The notes below the pieces were generated by a model. That model was not told the DNA's origin and made no database searches. It saw only the letters and a program-made list of their open reading frames with translations. This document shows positions 11,473 to 24,033 of a stretch of 64,000 nucleotides of DNA, piece after piece (the first letter of the stretch is position 1; each line of letters begins with the position of its first letter). The DNA comes from Atractiella rhizophila (Eukaryota), in the NCBI GenBank assembly GCA_021432655.1, contig MU271250.1, positions 1 to 64,000 of the forward strand, written 5' to 3'. The position numbers were made by a program, and so were the translations under genes.

Positions 11473-14170
11473 ACAATACACTCGACCCCAACTTTCCCCA
11501 AGCTCTCCTAAGAAAAGCTGAAGCCGCACGACGAGACTCGGACTTGAACCCGAACGCTGCCACCACCGTTGTGGAAGAGATCAAGCTTGAGGCTGCGCTC
11601 ATGGACGATTCCCCTTATGTAGAAGTTACAAGGTATAGTAGGATCGTCCGTGTTGAGGACCACGCTCCTAACACGTTCAGGGTATGGTTCCTTGGCTTGC
11701 TATTCTCCACCATTGGAACGGCTAGGTTCTCTCCATATCTTCGTCCCTGTGGTGTAGGCTGTAGGACGAAGAGACTGACTGAGATGTAACGACAGGGATA
11801 AATGTTTTCTTCCAAGCCCGGTCGCCTAGTATTACCCTGTCAGTGTTCTGTGCCCAGGTGCTCTGTTACCCCTTCGCGAAGGCAATGGAGTGGGTTTTGC
11901 CAAGGAGACAGTTTAGAATGGTTTGGGTGGAAATGGAGTTTGAATCCGGGACTCTTCAATCAGAAGGAACGCATCCTCATCAGTTCTTCCTTCCTCACCT
12001 CTTCCCCATAGTCCAATGCTGACTTGGGGCGGAATAGCTATCATGGCCAAGGTAACGTTTGGGTGCATATGTGACCAACATCATCGTTGTTCAAGTCCGC
12101 TTCTCTCTTTCATTCTAGCTAATTGGGACTGACGCTGATTCTCGCACCACGACTTCCGAACTATTTTAACGACAAGGTCCTCGGAAGGGACGCACTCTAA
12201 CAAGTCCTACTTGTCGTTTCACTCAACTCCTCGGCTTCTCAGTCGCCGGCTTAACGAGACGCTCCCCTGTCTATCCCCAGCATGATCTGGCCCAACAATC
12301 TGGCCCAAATTGCCTTGAATAGGAGCTTTCATTTTGATAAGAATCTTCCGGCTAACGTGCGTGCTTCGTTTCACATGTCTGATCGCGAACGTGCCTGAAA
12401 GAGGATGTGTCGCTGATATCCATACGGTGAACAGGTATGGAGGATATCCAGACTGAGATTCTTCCTCATCGTCTTCATCAGATACGGTCTCTACTTTGTC
12501 TTTCCCAACAACCTCGTGCGTCGCCCTCTTCCTGTTCACCACATTCTACTTCCGTAGATCTAACCATCCAACGTCTGACAGTTCCAAGCTCTTTCGACTT
12601 TCAACTGGATCGTTTAGATAGCCCCCAACAACGTCAATGTCGCTGCCATCACCGGTTCCGCCTTCTACAGCGGGATGGGACTCAACCCATGGCCTATCTT
12701 CGACTGGAACCAGATCTCGGCACTCAACAACCCTCTCATCTCGCCCCTGTTCTCGACATGCAATCAAGTTGCGGGCATTCTCAGACTCGGGTTGGCGTTC
12801 ATACCTGCTGTTTAGTGCATTTCACTCCTTTTTTCTTGCCCGTAAATGGGATGGGGCTGATGTTGTGAGGTAGGTAATCAAACATCTGGCCGATGGGTTG
12901 TCTACCCCTGAACGATAATCACCTCTGGGACCGGAACGGACATCGATACTATGTGTCGAGGATCCTGACAAGCAAGCATACGCTCGACTAGGAGGCTTAC
13001 AACAATTATTATCCTGGTTCGTCTTTCTTGGCACCTCATCTAATTCCTGTCCTCTGTCTAATGGATGGCATAAAGCATATTGGGGAGTGGCTAACGCGCT
13101 CTTATACGGATTCTTCTTCGCCTTCTACACTGCTGGTCTCGTACATGCCGCCCTGTACCATTATAAGCCCATTATCGATGGGTTCCACGCGATGAAGAAG
13201 TGGAAGAACGCACAGAAGGGCTATAACGACCTTCACAACCGCTTGATGAGAAATTATGCCGATTGCGTCCACCTGCTCATTCTCTTTTATCTGATTTCTG
13301 AGTTGATGTTAATGGCAGGGTCCCAGTGTGGTGTATGTCTCTCTGTCTTGACCATATTTGTCAAACGCTCATTTGGTGTGTTAAATGGTCCGGTTGCATC
13401 ATGGTCATTTCCTTGACTTGCGGAATCATCATGGTCGAGAGTAAGCAACTCCTGCAACCGGCGAAGAGGTCGTGGTACTGAACAATGACAACAGTCTACA
13501 ATACCCCCAATTTGGGGATTTGTCATTTGCATTGCTCTCGCTTTCATCTTTGTCGTACCTGCTGGAATGATTACTGCTGTTGGAACCGTCCAAATCATAC
13601 TCAACGTCATTGGTGCGTCGTATCGTTATACGCTGTTTGAAGAAGCAGATTGATTGACTTTGTGGATCATAGCTGAACTGATCGGTGGCTATGCTCTTCC
13701 CGGAAAACCACTCGCCAACGTGCTCTTCAAATCCTATGGTCTTCTCGTCACGTCTCAAGCTATCACTTACGCATCCGACCTTAAGCTGGGGCACTATCTC
13801 AAGTTGTCTCCAAGGCATGTCTCTCCTGTAGCTCCATGAAATGGAACTGATGGAGGATCTTCTTGTGCAGACTGCAATTCTGGGCTCAAACGATTGCTAC
13901 CGTTTGGGCCGCTTTTGTTTCGTTAGGTGTCATCAAGTCTGTCCATTTCTTTCTGCGAAGAAAGCCGATCATTGACCTTGTAATACTTCTACACATCGAT
14001 AACTATGGTACACCAAACCAAAGCGCTCACTTCACTCACCCAGTGTACAATACCTTCTTCTCCGCCGCGTTATTTGGTCAGCAGACTTCTCTTACAACCT
14101 CGAGTACTAGCTGATGGTGAACACAGGGGCATTATTGGACTGGCAAAAATGTACTCTCAAGGGGCGTAAC
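11473..14170 (+). pseudogene. OPT-family oligopeptide transporter pseudogene, 5' part lost at the Gypsy LTR
   Basis: Motifs DDSPYVEV, NTFRVWFLG, WSLNPGLFNQKE, DWNQI and ELIGGYALPGKP...SDLKLGHYLKLSPR. Frameshifts, stops and deletions. The LTR abuts an intron 3' end (CTAAC...CAG). Confidence 0.88.
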
Positions 14171-17099
14171 GCCTTGACCTGGTTTTGCGACAAAATGCAT
14201 GCACGAGCAAGGTAAGCGTTCATCTCCCTCACCTAATATGCCTGTGCGTTATTGATGTTCTGCTGATAGTATGGTAATATTCGTATATCATGCTAATTCG
14301 ACCTCTCCTCTGTACCTCCACGCGTCTTCTGCATTCCCCTCCCATTCCCCTTCCAGATTCTCGGAGAACTCCTTGCAATCCTCGACAACTGCGCATTACC
14401 AGCTCCCAAGTCTTCCATCAATCCCACGTGCACAACTGGTCTTTCTGGACACTCACGCTTACACACACCAGCCGATTTCCCAGCTGTAGCACGATGGACG
14501 GGGCAACGTGTAGCTGGAATCGTTGAAGGCATGTGTCGGGACTTTGACACGCTATACACGATGGAGCACTTTCTGTCCTCTCCTCCAATCCTCTCCCTCT
14601 TCACACACTTCTCCAACCAACTCCCCAAAACTTCAGACATACAAAAAGCAACATCGCACATTCCCAGCACTGGAGGACACATGGCAAATCACACTTGCCG
14701 ACCTCGACCCAGAATACCACTCTTCCCTCCCCCTCTCTCCATCCTTCGATTCGACCTCCACGTCCAAACTCTCGATACCTCATCGCACGCGCCACGTGTA
14801 CCCACCATCAAACCCAGTTCTTACACCTAGTGGGATACGGCGTGATGTATTATTTGTACATCTTTGACCGTGCCATCGCTTCTAGACTTTTCATAAAACT
14901 TTTGATAACAATCCTTTGGACAGGGAGAATGGGGAAAGGTTCAAAGAAAGTGCTCAGGTAGGGGAGCGCAAGGGATCTGTGGAAGTTGGTCCCTGATGCT
15001 CTTGGGCCGAGAGAGGAGGCGGAGAGAGTTAGGAGCGGAGATGAGAAGGTGATGGAGGAGGTTTGAAGGTGGGGAGTGGAGTTGGCGAAGGCAAATAGCG
15101 TACAGCGTTGACTGCTAATGAGGTGTTTGCAAGGAGCAGCTAGAATGAAATTAAACAGAGATGGTATTTCAAAGACGGAGTACATATGAACAAAACCCTG
15201 GGCAGCATATGAGAGGCTTATGAATGAGTGGGCATGAATGAATCTAGGAGAAATATCGAAGAGCAACAACCAAGACAACTGAGGTAAGGAACAGATTACA
15301 GAGTGAAGTAAGGCTACGATTCGGTTTTCAGGGGAAAGAGACGGGCTAGGAAAGAGACAAACAACAAGAACAATAAGGGGGTGTATATGAATGTTTCGAG
15401 CGACAATTATCAACTTTGCATCTCCACTCTCTGCATCTGCTGAGCAAGTCCAGCGTCACAAGCCACAGCAGGCGACGTTGGCCAGAAGCTACCACTACCA
15501 CTTCCGCTCCTCTCATTCAAGCGTAATCTCACCTCTCCAGTTCCACTTTGACCTCCCATGCCATCCGAACTCCCACTGGATGAATGGAAGCATCTCAACA
15601 AGTCTTTACCCAAGAAGCTGAAGAGGCAGTTAAGACAACACTGGAAGAGGTGCTATCAATACTTCGTCACAAGCAATTAAGCGGCTCACTTGGAGGACAA
15701 AGTGCCTACTTATCTAAATGACATACATTGTATAGAGATACAAGTGAAAGATTTGCAGAAGATATTGGGCATAATGCACATCCCATGCAGTAAGACGGTG
15801 CAAAGTAATGATGTCACCTCTTCAAGTCTATTGTACAACCAATAGACACTCGCGTAACCTCTTTATCTCATCTTCTAACTGAGCTATATTCAGTTCCGCC
15901 TTTGTGATTTCAGCTTGGTTCGACTCAATCACTTTCTGAGTATTATAGAAAAGCTGATGATGCTTCAGTTGTTGTTCTAGATGGCCATGCTTCTTGCTGA
16001 TAAAATATTTCAGCAACAAGTAAGAGTTATAACTAAATCAAACCAAAATGCCATTATTTCCACTAACGAAAGTACTATGAAGGTTGCTCACTCAGTGGCC
16101 TCAAAACGTGCCCAGTCCGACTCAGCATTGACCATGCTGAGCTTATGATGTTTGTGCTCACCGATTCTACCCTTTGAAAGTCTATAATTGCCATCACTCT
16201 TCCAGAATTTCCTGTAGTCCTTGTTACATCCACATCTTCAGGTTCAGCTCCACTTCTTTCTTTCAATTTCCCATCACTGACTCCATCTGACGCACCCTTA
16301 AGATATGCAGGATAAGGCTTGCTGTTTCTGTCATAATCAGCTGCCAGGGTAATTGCATTGAGGAGTTCAGCATGAGGTGTGTCGTGATACTCCTTACAAT
16401 GTAGTGGTAGACAGTCCACACCCAATGTGTGGTCAAATGCGTCCAGGTGCAACATATTGCTGGCAAGGTGAGTGGTGAATACTGTGATAAACCCGTTGTC
16501 TCAAACTAGACATCTGATCGCTTGACTATCCCAGTGAGAGAACAAAGATAACAAAATCCTAGAAAACCTCTTACAGTTAAACGAATGATTGTTTCGCTAC
16601 TCTAACCTTCAGATTCGGGGTTAGCTTTGGCTTCAACACGTTTAGCTTGGCATTTATTCCAAAATGATGCCAATAAGTTGTAAATGGGATGAAAGGTCTT
16701 GATAGATGATACATTTGATATGGGTCGATAAAATGTCAGACATAGGATCATTGTAGAGTACCTACTTATTTCCAATAACATGCAGGAATGCATTCAACAC
16801 TCAACTGAGGGACAGCCTCACAGTATCATCATAGCTGAATGATACACCTGCGTCCCACACAGCTGAAGCAAAGTTAAAGGTTGTGTAAGAACAACATGCC
16901 ACCATTTGAAATCTGATCCTTTGGTTTCCAAAAGCAAGTTCATGGATAGACAGAAAGATGTGGGTGGGATGGAGACTGGAGAAGTCAAAATTAGGGCATC
17001 TGGGTTGATCGATTATTAATCATCATCATTTATACACATTAATCACCAACAGGATACCACTAGACCAAGGTCACACACTGAATAGAGAAAGCACATCAC

Positions 17100-19020
17100 A
17101 TTGCATAATGGGAACATAGAGGAGCCTTTAAAGAAGCAAACGAGGATTCGAAAAATGTGTAGCGCCAACACATCGTATAAGTTCCACCACAGGCCAACTA
17201 GCATCATCCAGATGTACCAACATAGAAGTCCACACTTGCTCAGAATCAGATGTGGATAACGGCAGCAAATTCATGTGTGGAGGCTTACCCATCAATCTGG
17301 AACTCACAGCAGTAACAAGATGTTGAGCATGATGAGTGCCAAGGGAGAGAGGAAGTGACAAATATAAGACATGCAACCTGTCATCATGAACAAGAGTCGA
17401 AATTACATGTCTGAAAAGTGAAAAGGGGAAATTCCATCCAGGTGGACAAGTTTGAAGCGGGCAAGTTGTGATCCAAATTCCTTTGCAGCACTCAACAGAT
17501 CTTCGTCCAAGTCGATTTTGTCAGACCCATTGCAGGAAAGTGTTGCGTAAAGTTCTGCTGAGAGAGGAAGAGATGGAAGAAATTGAGACCAAGTGGTGGC
17601 GGTTTGCAAGCATATTCTAGAGGTAGGAGTAGAGACTGAATCTTGAAGGCGCAGAGTTTTCACTGTGTTGAAGAAGCAAGGTGGAAAACATTTTGAGGCA
17701 GTAAAACCAAGGCTTGACTTATAAACAGACAAGGTAGTGAGAGTGGGGTCAGGATCCCCCAGTGAAGTACTGTTCCATTCTGGAAGACTGTCTAAATGCA
17801 ACCCTTTGAGAGCAAAGTTAGTATGTAGTGTCAATTTAGTGAAATGACAAACCTTGTATGTATAGCCCCAAGATCTCAACTGCATTTGGAAGAGTCGGAA
17901 TAAGCAAATCACTGGGCAGTGATACTGAATCTTCTGGAGGGGAAAACCAGCTGCCATCTTGTGAGAAGTCTTGAACCTGTATGTGGACGTATCTCAATGT
18001 AGCGTGAGAACACAAAATGTCACGAGTGACATTAGGTGGATCTTCACCGTGAGAGGACGAGACTTGAATTATTTAACGAAGTTCCTGGACCACATCAGGC
18101 TGAGAGTAGAATAAATCGAGGAATGAGATCAGTGAAGCCCAGACTCCACCCTTGAACTTCAGAACAGTGACAGAAGGGACCATTATTGTTGGCAAAATGG
18201 TTTGAGGAAGCCTTGCCCAGGTAGTCTCTGGTGGTGTATTCAACACTTTAATCGAAGAAAGGGGTTTGCTAAGGATGATTGGGCACACAATCCCTTCACA
18301 AGTGGTTGTACCAGTGGTGAAGATGATATTGAAAAAATGTGATAGAGGTGTTTATTGTCAACCAGTGCCCAAACCAGATAACATCACCATCACAAATTAG
18401 AAGATCGAGAGCAAGGGCGACATCAATAGGTATTAGAGGCAGGTTATGATCCGTGGATGTATCTTCTGGAGATAAATATAGGTGCTGCAAGGATTGAGAC
18501 ACATTGGCAAGGAGAGATAGAAGTTCCTGAGAAGGTGAATGAGTGATTGTTAAGTGAAGTTTGAATATAGGCATCGGGCAGAGTTGGAGGAAGCTATGGA
18601 GCTGGAGGACTGATTGAGGATCATCACAACAATCCTGGACAGCTTGCGTTCCGAATGCCAACCTCCTGCCTTCTAAATACCAGCCATAATACACCTTGCA
18701 GACCTCGAGAAAGTGCCTATAATGCATGGGATGACCATGCGGTAGACTACCCCATCCTCCAGAGCTATGATTGTATGAGAATGAGATATCACGTACTCCC
18801 AAATCCAAGACCCTCAAGAAAGCTCCCTCCTTGTCATGGTGATGGGTTGAATCTGCATGGAATCCTGAGCTTTGGAACTTGATACAGTGATCTGGTGCCC
18901 AGTCATCATACAGAAGGTCGATGTGGAAGGTCTCGAATACTCGATCCCAAGACATTTTTTTAGCAGAGGAGCTAGCCACAACCTTTTTGGCAATCCTCTC
19001 TCTCTCTTCGTTATAGCCAT
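17100..19020 (-). pseudogene. Decayed gene of unknown function (Leu-rich, possibly LRR-like)
   Basis: Consecutive same-strand ORF pieces (18296-18979, 18073-18288, 17403-17957) broken by stops and frameshifts. No family recognised. Confidence 0.35.
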
Positions 19021-19503
19021 CCTAAGCGGCTTGCATCATGGGTGTTTTGTAGCACACCAAACCAGCAGGAATGTCTGACTGGCGGAATCCTATGTTTCCC
19101 TAAACTCACCACAACCTATCTATGACAGTGTACTGACCTGGTACTGACTGGCATCTTGCCTGTTGAGTCTGGCTTCCCAATATCTTCATATCGAATTTAT
19201 CCCCACTTGCTCCCAACCCTATCCCAGAATAAGTCAACTTCTAGGTGTATCTTGCGCTACTCACCAGGTAGCAGTGTCAATGTGCCCACATCAACCTGTG
19301 TTGGTCTGGAATTCCTCCATTGATGGGTAACCAAACACTCTGGGCACCACCAACACTCATATTGTCACCCATCTGATGCAACACCACTAACCCTAAACAT
19401 CTCCTTCTCAGTCCATGTCTTCTGTTTGTTCAAACATGTTGATTTTCACGCTTCCTACCATTTCCTCCTGGAAGCAGTGTAATTTCTCCATTTTTAACAC
19501 CCT

Positions 19504-21330
19504 ATGCCACCCAAAAGAAAGTCACTAGATCACTTGCTAAGTGGTGAGAGCTCGACTCCATCAAAGAAAAAGAACCAGTTTTCATCAAATCGTATGTATG
19601 CTTCCTTGATAAGAGTTCATCTTTCATGTCATTCCAGCTGCAGATGATGTGGTAGTGCCACTAATCATCAAGTATCAGCAAAGAGGGGAAACTGAAGCAA
19701 CTTCTCTCCTCCTTATCAATAAGGAGCTAAGGGATATGGAGCAAAATACTATAGGGTTAGTACATCTGATTTCAAAGCAAGTTGTTGGCTCATGATGTAT
19801 CCTAGACGAAGTAGTTTGCAATCTTTTAAGAGGGAACGCCAGATCCAAGGCACCAAAGGGTTGAAATGGAAGGAAGATGAATCCTGGAAAGCCAGGGCAT
19901 TAGAATTCCTCAAACGCTTTCTAAACATACGATCAGGATTACTAGGATCTCACCTGCGTCCACACCTTGATATGATCCCTAGGTCTGCTCCTTTCACATA
20001 GATACAATCTGTTTGAGAGTTGTTACAGAGATGTCCTCAGAACATTTGTCAACGAGCATGCAGGAGAAAACAGTGCAGCGCAAAATCCTATAGCCATCCG
20101 AAAGATGTTCTGGGTTGTTGGTAAAAATGATCGATGGGCCTTTGATCAGCATGATAAGGTGTGCTCTTTATTTATTGGCTGGCGAGAATATAAGGTGATG
20201 GAGCATAGCTGAGGAGGTTTGGATTAAGATTTTATGTTGGTCTTGAGCCTTACTCAGGTAAGGTGTTGTGGTTAAGAGTAGGTCGAACAAATCATCCTCG
20301 CCTGATCGCAAGTTATTACTTCGATTGCGTACGCTCCACTGAGAAGGGTCTCTGCAGTTAGTAGTTTAGTAGCAGTCGCCTTACTGGATTGATACTCTCA
20401 TTACAGTCATTCCCAAAGGTACACAGTCGGACAGAGGTACTGACAACCATGGCATCTGTAATGCCCAAACACTTATGCGTCGGGCCATGGAGGACAACAA
20501 ATCGGACGCTTTGATCCTGTATCAAAGATTCTATTTTGGACATGGCAACATCAAGCCTGAAAGCTTCTGGAGCCATTTACGTCGTTATTTCTTCAACTGC
20601 TAGAATATTTGTTGCAATGGGCTGTGGGTAATCTAGTTTATGATCCTGAGGAGGTTGGATATGTGAGTCCTGTGTGCTTGATTTAAGCTCTCTGACATCC
20701 CTAGTTATTTGTTCCGAGCCCTCATCTTTCCCTGGATCCAAGAGATTCTGAATGTGGAAGCTGCACGTTACAACACACCAAGAAGAGAAAACAAAAGCAC
20801 AAGCTTATGCCGTAGAGCCATTGTCCTAATACAATATATGAGAACCCAGAATTATTTGGGCCGCTGGACCTAACGGTGCACTTATTTTATTCATTCATGG
20901 TAACTTGCTCATAGTCTTATTATAGTTAATTGTTCCTATCGAGATTGTTGATGCAGTTCAAGCTGAAATTTGCCCACCCCATCATCATTGTTTTTATCTT
21001 TACACTTCAGCGTTTCAGCACTATTATAACAAGGCAAGAGAACACCTCTCACAGGAAGATCTTCACATGGACTGGCACTCTGTTTGGGATGTTTTTGTTA
21101 AGGTCAGAGGTGCTCTGATGATCTTGATATCAGAAGAAGAACTTCTTTCTTGGTCACAATTAGAAAAAAACTGCCAGGTCCATGATATCACTGATGAAGT
21201 ACGTATTTCATCTTGAACGACATGAGTCATTTTGCACTGATGTCCTTTTCCCAGCCTATTGCTCTGGTTGAAGGAACAAGAACTTATGTTGCGCATGCAC
21301 GAGCAGCAAGAGAAGATGATGAGAGTTTAA
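19504..21330 (+). mobile_element. Decayed intron-containing integrase-core (IS481/IS3-like) DDE transposase of a fungal family
   Basis: Manual translation gives MPPKRK...NQF, NDRWAFDQHDK^LRRFGLRFYVGLEPYSGKVLWLRVGRTNHPRLIASYYFD, TQSDRGTDN and NIKPESFWS. Many frameshifts. Confidence 0.7.
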
Positions 21331-23321
21331 GAGAAGAGGGACTGATATTTCACTCTTAAGCAACTACCTTGGTTGGATTGCAGAGGGACATGCAAGCCCC
21401 AGGCTTATATAATGGAGCCTCAGGGACATGTGGATTCTCAGTCCATGTCTGAAAATGATCACATCATGAATCAAGAACCATTTGACCTCGAGCGACTTTT
21501 CCTAGGTGTTAAAAGGAAGATTGTTCCGGATGTCCCAAACAGGGAGGATGATGAAGATGGCACAGACCTGTCAGATGATGAGTAGAATCGATGCAGTAAC
21601 AGAACTGGATGTAGATTACAATAATCATGTTTCTTCCCAATTGAATACAGTTTCCATCCATTTTAGGCCTCCTCCAGCTACTTTCCCATCCCAGGTACGA
21701 GTGCCCTTAACAGTTTCAAGGGCGCCTTTGCCTACTTCCAATCCTAAGCCTTTAAAGGGATGGTTTATATGTGCTACATATTCATAACTTTCTTTGCTAC
21801 AAAATTGTTTGATGTTAACATCGGTATGAAGCGACTACATAGCAGATAGGACTCACCACAGAATGTACTGGTATCCTTTTGCATCACATAGCTGTCCATT
21901 CACACTTAAACCAATTGGTTACTCCATTTGCTAGATGCCAGCAATTAACTTATAGGTCGACGTGCCTTCTTGCATTGACCACAAATAATTGAATTCGTTC
22001 GACGTGGCCTGAAAACCATCTTGATTGGATCATACTGAGTCCAGCAAATGTCTCCCTTCCCTTTGTGATCCCAGTTGCGATGTGTTTTGGGTCGCTTGGC
22101 AGCCGAGTATCCGGCCACTAATTGGTTACCTTCTCCACTATCATGCTCAATAGCAAATCAGTCTCAAAATCATCAGCTGACAATGCAATTACCTTCAGTG
22201 CCCTAAAGGATTTCACATGTTCACTGCACGCATCATCACTGGATAAATGAAGCAGTTCCAACAGGCTTTCCTTTTCTTGCTAGAGTCGATCTTCTCTATC
22301 CTTTAATTCTTTTACACGATAACTTGTTGCTTTTAACTCCTTCCTCAAATTGGCCTCTTCTCCTAATACTTTGATTGTATTATGGAGGCATCTAAACAGC
22401 ATCTCAGCTCGATATTGTTCCAAATGATATATATCGCCCCTGCACCACACACTCATTGTCAGGTCTTGTTGCCTTATCACACTTAGAGGTTGCACACGCA
22501 CCGACCATCAGGAGACGTTTCCTGAAAATGGATCCATCTTGCACTATGCAGCTCCCTTCCCAGCCTAACTACCTTTATCCAAGGATTCAATTTGTCCTGT
22601 TACACTGTTAGTAGCTTTATATAGGCATACCACTGGGCACATTGAACTCATGGATGGGTTGTCTTTGGTGCCAATAAAGCAACGTATTTGTTTTCCAGTA
22701 AGGATATTCTCTGAGTCTTCCTTTTCACCTGATTCCTCCTCTATCCTCGCAACAAGCTCAGGGGCCAGGGATTCATAATGGTTCTCTGAAGGAGATGGTA
22801 TCTTGACCTCTTCAGTCATGATGGGGCTCATTAATCATTATTCGTAACATAGAAGCGTTAATCACTCTTTAGTCATCCTGAGACTAGAACAGGCTATCTT
22901 CAGCTTTGATCAATATAAGTTGTATCAATCCTAAGAAACACTATCAGTATCACATATACCCTTAACAAGAGTATGCCAGCGTCCATTAGGAAACCACAAG
23001 CTGAGGATCGTTACTTTGAGGAGCCCTCAATGGAACTTATGGAAGAGATGATGGAATGGAAAAAAGGAGGGGAAGAGCTGGATGCATTGGACTCAGATGT
23101 GCTGTTGAGCTCACAGGATGGAATGGGTCATTTGGAGGGTTGGAAGAGTCCAGTCGTTCAGGTGGTCGGCCTTAGAAATCGTTATCAGGTATGTGATCCC
23201 ATTGGGTTATTGTGCTCAGTATCATTTATTGGTGACGAGCCTGATAGAGCCCAAAAAATCCCTGGTTCTGTGTGCGGCTTGCGTTGCCTGGTGATCATAG
23301 GACCCATGAGTGGGTCGAGCT

Positions 23322-24033
23322 TCATAATTCTGAGTGCCTCATCATCAAAGTCTGCCTGATTTGCCTACTCCTCAAACTTGATGATGTTGGACTCCAGGTT
23401 GCCCTTCTGTTGCAGGGAAGACAGTTTTGTTTGCGCAATAAGTTTGTGGTCAGTTTTGCAAAAACATGATCTGAACTCCGACAAAAATTGCTCCCACAAA
23501 ATCTCTTCCTCATTTCGACAAGTCGGCGCAGTATCCCAGCGGCGAATTTTTCAGTGTCTCCTTCTTTCATATACAATAGAGTAAATAAAATTTTTGACTT
23601 TTCTGAAGGGAACTGTCACGAGGTCTTGTTTGATTTTTTTGAACCGCTTTTCGGTTGTGTAGAGTTTGGAACATTCTTTCTAAGTGCAAGATGCATTCTT
23701 TGCTCGTCGGCAGTTCATGCATTTCCATATCTCCTCAAACCTCCGACATTTTTTTCTGAAAAGTAAAGGGAGTATTCTTCTGTTAGGGCTGACACTATGT
23801 GCGGTCGCCGATTGGCGATGCGTCTGTAGTGGAGGTAAACCTAAGTGAATAGTATGGCATGAGAAGACTAACCTGTAGTGGAGGTAAACCTAAGTGAATA
23901 GTATGGCATGAGAAGACTAACCTGTAGTGGAGGTAAACCTAAGAGAATACTCTGAGGTCACCACCACTACATCTCGATGTATATATACATATGTAAGGGC
24001 ACTGCCATAAACTGTAACATATGTTGCTTGAAA
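23322..24033 (-). mobile_element. Gypsy fragment: truncated LTR (23781-24033), PBS and internally deleted gag
   Basis: High similarity to 10150-11160. YMKEGDTEKFAAGILRRLVE. The LTR has three 22-nt repeats, at 23824, 23873 and 23922. Confidence 0.9.

Noticed and set aside
16075..16455. HLDAFD as a TET/JBP HxD motif
   Set aside because: No other 2OG-dioxygenase motifs are recognisable.
23824..23943. Regularly spaced 22-nt repeats resembling a CRISPR array
   Set aside because: The spacers are identical, the repeats lie inside an LTR, the context is eukaryotic and there are no cas genes.
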